A DNA stretch of 32,000 bases from NCBI GenBank assembly GCA_964648855.1, contig CAZYLT010000002.1:120001-152000 (forward strand), given 5' to 3'. This document shows positions 9,016 to 16,072 of this stretch, in pieces (position 1 is the first letter of the stretch; every line of letters starts with the position of its first letter). This stretch comes from an uncultured archaeon. Its GTDB lineage: Archaea; Asgardarchaeota; Thorarchaeia; Thorarchaeales; Thorarchaeaceae. The notes beneath the pieces are model-generated. The model did not search any database. It was not told where the DNA came from and saw only the letters and a program-made list of their open reading frames with translations. The position numbers and the translations under genes are program-made.

Positions 9016-10008
9016 GTGAGTATGCATTCCCATCCGGATAACGATCCAGTTTCAGATGTGCAAGAGGACGAATTGTTGCAATCCGGTGAGGTTATTAGGG
9101 CAAAATACCCTAATAATCGTGCCGAGATGTTACAAATGACCCAGTTAGATAGGACATATGATCAGATGCTCATAAAAGAGGTCGTCACCCTCGAGGAGGC
9201 AAAAGAGATTATTGAGCGAATCTCGAGTCGTGCAACTTCAAAGAGGCATGTCGTTCAAGACTATCTGACCCCCCTCATTGATAGAGGGAGAATGGAACGG
9301 GTGAGGCGAGGGCTCTACGTCATCGGAGTGCCCGATGAGAGTGGTACTCTAATGTTCCCCACGTCTCAAGGAATGAAGAAACAGAATCCGGACAAGTTCT
9401 TGATAGGCGTCAAAATTCGCGAGAGCGGATTCCTGAGCCATCATACTGCCCTAGAGGTTCATGGGGCCAGCCAGACGTTTGGCTGGGGGACGGTGTATGT
9501 TAGCGTCCCACGAAAGAAGAGGTTCTTGCCCTTTGAATATCGAGGAGTTCATTATACCCCGGTTTCAGCTAAGAATCCTTCATTGGGCGTTTCAAGGGTC
9601 AAGCACCGTGGACAGGCGGTCAGGGTCAGCACACCAGAGCGCACCTTCATAGACTGCTTGGACAGGATCGAACTTGGAGGAGGATGGGAGGAAACCTTGA
9701 AAGGAATCTCTCAACTCAGACTCAGGGACTCCGAGCTGTTCGTCAAGCTGGTTACGGAGCGGAATAACCAAACGCTTGTTCGAAGGGTCGGTCTTGTGTT
9801 CGACCGGCTCAATGAAGCTGTCAGTAATTATATCTACATGCACAACATTGGGTGGGTGCGGAAGGAACTCCAAGGGCTTCTTAAGGGGCAGTCCATGTAC
9901 ATCGATAGAGTACTAAAGGATACGACCAAAGAAGAGATGACGCACAACAGAGAATGGCGTATCTACTATCCTCATAATTTCTGGGATTTATATGAGAGAG
10001 GGGTGTAG
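9016..10008 (+). CDS. abiEi: Type IV TA antitoxin, AbiEi family (true start may be further downstream)
   Basis: wHTH with RVRRGLY, LSHHTALEVHG, STPERTFIDCLDR and RRVG motifs typical of AbiEi; 2-nt gap to the toxin gene. Confidence 0.85.
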   Translation: MSMHSHPDNDPVSDVQEDELLQSGEVIRAKYPNNRAEMLQMTQLDRTYDQMLIKEVVTLEEAKEIIERISSRATSKRHVVQDYLTPLIDRGRMERVRRGLYVIGVPDESGTLMFPTSQGMKKQNPDKFLIGVKIRESGFLSHHTALEVHGASQTFGWGTVYVSVPRKKRFLPFEYRGVHYTPVSAKNPSLGVSRVKHRGQAVRVSTPERTFIDCLDRIELGGGWEETLKGISQLRLRDSELFVKLVTERNNQTLVRRVGLVFDRLNEAVSNYIYMHNIGWVRKELQGLLKGQSMYIDRVLKDTTKEEMTHNREWRIYYPHNFWDLYERGV

Positions 10009-10010
10009 GA

Positions 10011-11096
10011 ATGACAGGGTGGAAGGATCCTGAGCCTATACATGAAGACGTCCGTGATGTCGAGGATGTTTCAGACATGCTGGATGCACGTACTATCGAA
10101 CAAGTGCGCCACCAAGTCAACATACTTGAGGAAATCTATGCGAATGCATTCATGAAGAAGCGTCTAGTGTTAGGTGGGGCAAACGCCCTTCTTTATGTAC
10201 ACTTCGAGTCTGTCCCTCGTATCATCACTCGAGTTCTGACATCCGGGATGCAGATGACAGCTATCCCAAGAGTGACGTCTGATATCGATGGTGACTATCA
10301 TATCCCTCACCAAGGAATCATCTATGAGGATGACCGGAAGGAGTTCGAGTCAAAGCTCCACGATATCCTTGTCAAGCATGGAAACCTACAGATTCGCGAG
10401 AATGATAGATCATTCAACCTTGACATCAAATACCGAGGTGATTACATCCGGGATGGGACCTTCAAGGTCGAAATCAACTTCATGCGCAGAATCCCCGTCC
10501 TTGGATATATAGAGGGAACTTTCAAGGACCCTGTATCTGACAGGACATTTCCCGTCAAGACCTATCCGAAGGAACAAGCATTCGCGAACAAATGGAGGAC
10601 CATGGTCTCGAGGAACAAGTCCTCTGACATCTTTGATGTGTGCCACATCTCCCAAGCCGATTTCAACCGGGAAGAGTTCATGAGGTGCGCTGTACTTGAA
10701 TGCATGCTTGAGTTGCGGCCACAAGGAGAACCAGACCCCACGGGAGGGGACATCCTTCAGAGGGTCCTCGGGCTCGATGTGGACAAGAAGGTCAAGAACA
10801 TGTTCAGCCTCGAATATCGACCCAAGGTCTACAAGGGCTCCTATAGCGTCGATGACCTCAAGTCGATGAGTGAGCCTGTAATTGAGTTCAGCCACGGGAT
10901 TCTTGTGGAAATGACAGATGACGACAAAGCAGCCATAGAGCGGTTCTTCACGGACAGGGATACAGCGATACCCATGCTCATCCGAGAGGTCTTGGAGATG
11001 ATCGACCCTGACCACATATTTAGTCCAATGGTACACGAGCACCCTCAGCTCCACGACCAGCTACAGCGGTTCCGGTCCGATTCTAAGGGCATATAA
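10011..11096 (+). CDS. abiEii: Type IV TA toxin, AbiEii/AbiGii (DUF1814) nucleotidyltransferase
   Basis: LVLGGANAL (GG motif), RVTSDID (RxSxDxD), KVEINF and K..R...DIFD motifs; directly downstream of AbiEi. Confidence 0.85.
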   Translation: MTGWKDPEPIHEDVRDVEDVSDMLDARTIEQVRHQVNILEEIYANAFMKKRLVLGGANALLYVHFESVPRIITRVLTSGMQMTAIPRVTSDIDGDYHIPHQGIIYEDDRKEFESKLHDILVKHGNLQIRENDRSFNLDIKYRGDYIRDGTFKVEINFMRRIPVLGYIEGTFKDPVSDRTFPVKTYPKEQAFANKWRTMVSRNKSSDIFDVCHISQADFNREEFMRCAVLECMLELRPQGEPDPTGGDILQRVLGLDVDKKVKNMFSLEYRPKVYKGSYSVDDLKSMSEPVIEFSHGILVEMTDDDKAAIERFFTDRDTAIPMLIREVLEMIDPDHIFSPMVHEHPQLHDQLQRFRSDSKGI

Positions 11097-11275
11097 ACAA
11101 CTCACCCTTCAGAATATGAAGGACCTTGAGTGAACAAGTATCCACACCTAGGCACATGGAACATCCTTAGTGCTTGCTCCCCTACGACCGAGAGCGTGAA
11201 CTCATACTTCTCTGATACTATCTCTTTCTTCAATAGACCCAGTTCCTAGAGAACTATCTGTAAACGACTGATTGA

Positions 11276-11584
11276 TTGGGAGATGCTGATAGGTATTTTG
11301 AATCTCGGGAGAGAATAGTCGTTTTAGAAGCAAAGCCGTCGAAGAACAATCAATTCTGTACTGATTTCAGCATTCATCAACTCTTACTGCCGTTAATGTT
11401 GGTGGGACGCATCACCAAAAAGCAGAGTAGTGGGATATTTTTGGACTATTCAATTGGCAGAGCTGAGGGACGGGCAGTAGTGAATTACAGAATGTACCAC
11501 TACGACGTTCCGGGCAACGACTCAACAATTGATCCGTATAGCTACAAAACACGGCTATCCAAGCGGTACTCGATTACTATTTAG
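11276..11584 (+). pseudogene. C-terminal remnant of a PD-(D/E)xK restriction-endonuclease-like protein
   Basis: DADRYFES...VLEAK...DFSIHQLLLP pattern (D...ExK followed by Q helix); no N-terminal part or convincing start upstream. Confidence 0.55.
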
Positions 11585-11901
11585 AATGCGTTCGCAAGAG
11601 TAAATGATGGATGGCTGCCTTGCATAAATCCTCATTCCTACCTAAGGGGCACCCTCTTAGTAGAATATAGAATCAGGCTCGAAATAAATAAACTGTTAAG
11701 AAAGTGAGTTCCATTGGGCTATCAGAGATTCTGCAGCATTTCGATTTCATCTAGCCAAAGAATTCAGTATGCGAAAGAAACGAATCACACAACAGAACAA
11801 TACAGAACCAGAATTATTAATCGACTGAAATTCCCGTCACAGAAGGCAGATACTCCTCTCTAAAAGAGGATTACAGTTCTATACTAAATGTTGTTGGCCA
11901 A

Positions 11902-12204
11902 ATGCTGCCAGCAAAGGAACGTGAGCGCTCTGAAGTATCTCGGCAGCAAGAACTAAATCTTCAATGGACTCTTCTTTGGATATCCATTTCGGCAGCAGCT
12001 ATAGTTGGACTAATCGAGGTTATTTTCGAGGCACATTGGCGAAGGATGGACGGAAAACCTGTTCTTAGAGGTCATAGAATGGGTCGATCAACACCGCAGC
12101 CAATTACTGATTCTGGAAAAGATAAGGAAACCATTTCGCCAGAAAAGAAGCAGCTTGGTGGCAAACCAACAAGGCAAAAGAAACAAAAAAATGAAATTAA
12201 CTGA
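11902..12204 (+). CDS. Small protein or fragment with one transmembrane helix
   Basis: Hydrophobic WTLLWISISAAAIVGLIEVIF segment followed by a basic tail; may be a remnant. Confidence 0.35.
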   Translation: MLPAKERERSEVSRQQELNLQWTLLWISISAAAIVGLIEVIFEAHWRRMDGKPVLRGHRMGRSTPQPITDSGKDKETISPEKKQLGGKPTRQKKQKNEIN

Positions 12205-12347
12205 ATATGCATCATTAGTTTCAAGAGCCATTTATGAACTAGCCTCCCTGTGCCTTCATTCTCAAACCAGCAGATAGAGTATGAACTAGACTCTCAAGGC
12301 CAATTCGAGTGCTTTGATTGAGCATCATCATACTCTCCTACAGCAAT

Positions 12348-12355
12348 CTTAATAT
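12348..12355 (+). promoter_or_regulatory. TATA box of tRNA-Asn
   Basis: cttaatat about 30 nt upstream of the tRNA 5' end; the same motif lies upstream of tRNA-Ile2 on the minus strand. Confidence 0.6.
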
Positions 12356-12384
12356 TGGAATACAAAAGGTTCCAGAACAACGGT

Positions 12385-12518
12385 GCCGCCGTGGCTCAGT
12401 CCGGTAGAGCGACAGCCTGTTATGCCTCAAAATCCAATTTTGAGCCGCAGACAGTTGTTGGTCGGAGTGCAATACATTCCGTATTGTGCGGCTAAAGGTT
12501 CAAACCCTCCCGGCGGCG
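12385..12518 (+). tRNA. tRNA-Asn(GTT) with two 30-nt introns (12423-12452 at 37/38; 12466-12495 at about 50/51)
   Basis: Acceptor GCCGCCG/CGGCGGC, D-arm GCTC/GAGC, anticodon stem ACAGC/GTTGT with loop CTGTTA|A, T-arm GG|AGG-TTCAAAC-CCTCC; both introns form BHB-like motifs. Confidence 0.92.
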
Positions 12519-12623
12519 CTTATTTCCAATTTTGAGCCATTATAGCCCCCTTTTGTAAAATTTAAAGCATTATGGGGCGCTTATAGCTTCGCATATGATG
12601 AGACTGCTTTTGTCATCTCTGAG

Positions 12624-13217
12624 TTATTCATCATTCTCACTATCCAATCTCATAAACCGAAGTTCTTTTTCCCATACCCTTCTACTCATTTTTTCCAGTT
12701 TTTTCTTGTATTCCTCGGTCTTTTCATCCTCAGGAACCAAGTAATACCATATTTCGTAACCATCATCTGTTGGGACATATGAAATATCTAGCATATCCGA
12801 TATCCATGGAACCTTATCCACTACGTAGTCTGCATCCTGTAGCTTCTTGATTGCATCCTCTTCTTTCATTGATCCGAGTCTTCCATTCCCCTCTGATTCA
12901 TAAAGCATTTTGAGAAAGGCTTGCTGAACGGAAGAAAGATTCTTGAGCCGCGTTCTCTCCTCTTCGCTTGGAATCTTTAAACACCACATTCGTCTAGAGC
13001 TTGGCAAGTTGTACTCGCCCTCTGGATAGGCTACCACCTTTTCCACAATCCAGTGTTCCAATGAATACTCGATTGCTTCCTTAGCGGAAACCTTTGGCGA
13101 TTCGTCTATGATTTCAAATATTTGGGTCAATCTCTTTTCCACTATGACAAGTGGCATCGGCTCCGGCCCTTTCTCAGTCAATAATCCGATAAGCTGTTCT
13201 ATATATTCATCTCTCAA
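12624..13217 (-). CDS. Hypothetical protein, possibly tandem winged-helix; candidate immunity/regulatory partner
   Basis: TTG start 6 nt after the upstream gene's stop; two helix-rich units each ending in a beta-wing-like W-x-L motif (MWCLK, IWYYL). Confidence 0.75.
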   Translation of the reverse strand: MRDEYIEQLIGLLTEKGPEPMPLVIVEKRLTQIFEIIDESPKVSAKEAIEYSLEHWIVEKVVAYPEGEYNLPSSRRMWCLKIPSEEERTRLKNLSSVQQAFLKMLYESEGNGRLGSMKEEDAIKKLQDADYVVDKVPWISDMLDISYVPTDDGYEIWYYLVPEDEKTEEYKKKLEKMSRRVWEKELRFMRLDSENDE

Positions 13218-13223
13218 AAAACA

Positions 13224-16061
13224 TCATTCCTCCATCCACCATTGTTGTACCCTTATGCCTCTGCCTTCTAATTCCTGTATTGCGTCAAATACATCTTCCG
13301 GATGCTTTGTTAACATCTTTTTCACTATGTTTCTCTTCCTTAGGTCATTTAAGGGTGCCAAAATACCAAGCTTCACCGTTTCATAGATGTCCTTGGGTAC
13401 TGCATACCATGCAACAGACACTCTCCCTGTTCGCTTATGAAACCGAGTTGTATATGGCTTGATATCAATCTCAATGCCAATAGCCTTCAGCATTCTTCTC
13501 CCACTCGTAATCATCCGATTTGGATTCTCCATGATTATCTTCTGCAAGGTTCGTGCGGAATCGGCTGTTATGGGCTCGGAGGATCTCGTAAGATCCTCTA
13601 GGGTTCCAAGTGCTAATGCCCAACAATGTTTCTCAGGATTTCCATGCTCCTTTATCAAATCAATTTCCCGCTGGCTAACCTTGGGAGGTATACCATACTT
13701 CAGAGATTTACTACCTGGATTCAATGCAACTGTATGATTCCAAGTTATACTTGACATATCTACTGTGCCATCTTGTGGTATTAAATCCCCAATAAATGCT
13801 GCAATGATTTCCCATGATCCATCGGTTACAATGGATGGAAGTCCCGAATTCTGCACCACTTTGTCTCCCGGCAGAAGCCCGAGATATTGCAGAGCAATTC
13901 CCAAGGCGGATGGAAAGAAGGTGGCATAATAGTTCTCATCCTCATTATGTTTCGGATTCGGATGAATATCACCAAATTCCTGTAGTCCTTGTATCACAAT
14001 TCGCACGCGTCTTATATCGGGTTCATAATAAGATAACGCCCCCTTCCAATTCATGTTGCAATCACTTACAACAACTGCAATCAATCTGGCAAGAGCGAGC
14101 TTCAGCTTGTGACCTTCCGGAAATCTCGGGTTCTCAACCCCTCCACTCCCACTGTACTTGGTCATCTTCTCTATTAGCCCCTCCAAATCTCTCAGGGGTA
14201 CTCCCATAATGGTGTTGATTAATTCTATATGCTTACCTTCAATCCGTCTAATCTTCTTGCTGATGCATGCTCCTTTGTCAGTCTTCGGAGCCAATTCCCG
14301 CAAGAGTTTCTCAATATGCTTGTCAATTTCTTTGACGCCCCAATCCCCCTCGGGATCTATCAGCCGACGAGCCCTGTTCAAGTATTTGGAAAATGTTGGT
14401 TCATCTCTGAAGTAGTAGTACAGGCTGCCATAGGGAAGGGTGAGGTCCTTGATTTCCATATCCCGCTTCCACAAATAGAACCGCCCGTCAATGAAGGCCA
14501 TGCGCAGTTCAAATCTTGTGTCGGCCTCGTGCGTATCTTCTGAGAGGTCTGCTCTCGCCTCTCTCCACTTCTTCACCAAGTCATCGATGCGCTCCAATCC
14601 ATCCTGTGAGAGGTCCTCAAGCCTCTTCAGGTCCGCGTAGACGATGCTTGACTCCGTATCAGAGAGCCCCTCCTGCAGGGCGTGAACAAGGTGGTCCAGC
14701 GTATCAGTTGACCATTCCCGATGATCCATGCCCTCGAAAATCTCTTCCAGCCTCTCCCGCGAAACCTCCCTGAGGTGATTCGCCTCTGCATCCCCCTCTC
14801 CAATACCTCCCTCATCCACCATGTCCACGAGTTCCTGCAGGCGTTCCTCCCGCATCAGCCGATAGAGACGCTCCAGGAGAGAGGGCGCCTCCCTGTCGTG
14901 CAACCAGAAGGACGCATCCGAAATCGTGTACCCCAGCTCCCGAGCCACCTCCACATGACTCATCTCCTCCAGTTCCTCCTCCGTGTAGCGCTCCCGAACC
15001 CTCCGTTTGAACTCCAGGTACTCACAGGCTATCTCGTACGCAGACTCGAAGTAGGGGTCGTCCCTCACCTCGGGATGGTCCTCGATGGCTCTGTCCAGGT
15101 CCTCTTTTGTCCTGATCTCCTCCCGGATTGCTTCCTCGAGCTCTTCTAGCAGGTCACGGATACGTCTGGTAAGTTCCTCCTCATCCAGCTCCTTCTCGTC
15201 ACTGTTCTCTCCCTCATCGAGTTCTTCCTGTGCAACCTTCTTCTCGCTGACCTCGGTCGGGATTGCTTCAATCTCCTCTCTCTCCCGTTCCGACCCGCCT
15301 GTCTCTTCCTTCATCTCCCGCCTGCCCTCTGAGCTGGGTTCAGGGGTCTCTGCACGGATATCCATCTCCGTCTTGGAGTCTTGTTCCCCTTTCTCGACCT
15401 CTGACTGCTCTGAGTTCTCCGATTCTTCGGTGGTGGATGTGGATTCCTTCTCTTGCCCCTCCCCATCTGGTATCTCATCAGCAATCTCCCTCTGCTGTTC
15501 AACTTCATAGGCTGGCTCCTCGGCTTCAGTGGAACTGTCTTGTGATTCCGTTTCCTCTACTTCGCTTGCTGTCTTCTCTTTCTCGATGTCATCTTGAACT
15601 TCAGGCTTCTCTGTGCTTTCCTCCTCTTCCTGCACAAGTTGTGACTCCTGCTGGGTCACATAGACTGTACCATCACCACTCTCATGATATGATTCTTGAG
15701 CATGCCCCTCATTGACTTCTCCCTTCACGTCTGAGGATTCCTGGTGGCCATCTTCCGCCTCGGGTCTCTCGCGGGGCTTATCGGCCTCCCCTACTTCCTT
15801 CTCAGAACTCTCCGACTTATCTGATGCCTCCCTGATTTCTCTGCGGATTCTCTCTTCATCTCGTAGCTCCCGCATCATCCGCCGGACGCGTCTATGGAAC
15901 TCCTCCTCTTCCAGTTCGGAGAGCATCTCCTCTATGTCCTTCTTCAGTTCCTGAAACCTTGATTCCTCGTGTAGTGCCTCTCTGAGCTCCTCTTCTACGT
16001 CGTCAGTATCTTCTGATTTCTCCCTGTACCCTTCGCGTTCTCTTCCCTCAATCCCCACCAC
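13224..16061 (-). CDS. 945-aa modular protein: acidic coiled/disordered N-terminus, HTH, C-terminal double-LAGLIDADG-like endonuclease domain
   Basis: E/R-rich N-terminal ~320 aa; HTH-like SHVEVARELGYTISDASFWL; motifs LARLIAVVVSDC (Asp codon 14061-14063) and AAFIGDLIPQDG (Asp codon 13770-13772), 97 codons apart; GGAGAGG SD upstream of GTG. Confidence 0.75.
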   Translation of the reverse strand: MVGIEGREREGYREKSEDTDDVEEELREALHEESRFQELKKDIEEMLSELEEEEFHRRVRRMMRELRDEERIRREIREASDKSESSEKEVGEADKPRERPEAEDGHQESSDVKGEVNEGHAQESYHESGDGTVYVTQQESQLVQEEEESTEKPEVQDDIEKEKTASEVEETESQDSSTEAEEPAYEVEQQREIADEIPDGEGQEKESTSTTEESENSEQSEVEKGEQDSKTEMDIRAETPEPSSEGRREMKEETGGSEREREEIEAIPTEVSEKKVAQEELDEGENSDEKELDEEELTRRIRDLLEELEEAIREEIRTKEDLDRAIEDHPEVRDDPYFESAYEIACEYLEFKRRVRERYTEEELEEMSHVEVARELGYTISDASFWLHDREAPSLLERLYRLMREERLQELVDMVDEGGIGEGDAEANHLREVSRERLEEIFEGMDHREWSTDTLDHLVHALQEGLSDTESSIVYADLKRLEDLSQDGLERIDDLVKKWREARADLSEDTHEADTRFELRMAFIDGRFYLWKRDMEIKDLTLPYGSLYYYFRDEPTFSKYLNRARRLIDPEGDWGVKEIDKHIEKLLRELAPKTDKGACISKKIRRIEGKHIELINTIMGVPLRDLEGLIEKMTKYSGSGGVENPRFPEGHKLKLALARLIAVVVSDCNMNWKGALSYYEPDIRRVRIVIQGLQEFGDIHPNPKHNEDENYYATFFPSALGIALQYLGLLPGDKVVQNSGLPSIVTDGSWEIIAAFIGDLIPQDGTVDMSSITWNHTVALNPGSKSLKYGIPPKVSQREIDLIKEHGNPEKHCWALALGTLEDLTRSSEPITADSARTLQKIIMENPNRMITSGRRMLKAIGIEIDIKPYTTRFHKRTGRVSVAWYAVPKDIYETVKLGILAPLNDLRKRNIVKKMLTKHPEDVFDAIQELEGRGIRVQQWWMEE

Positions 16062-16072
16062 GAATTCCTCTC

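Larger units (their letters stand above)
8721..12401. mobile_element. Decayed defence islet bounded by direct repeats of the tRNA-Asn 5' region (no integrase seen)
   Basis: Flanking 71-bp degenerate direct repeats; cargo is an AbiE TA pair, a nuclease remnant and fragments. Confidence 0.65.

Noticed and set aside
12233-12289. 10-bp direct repeat tatgaactag (12233, 12280) as a mini-CRISPR
   Set aside because: Only two short copies and no cas genes; no CRISPR array in the window
14516-15954. Ser-rich plus-strand ORFs
   Set aside because: Antisense shadows of the Glu/Arg-rich stalk of the 945-aa gene
13224-16061. Intein as the source of the LAGLIDADG motifs
   Set aside because: No Hint N-terminal block or HN-(C/S/T) C-terminal splice junction visible; the domain runs to the protein end
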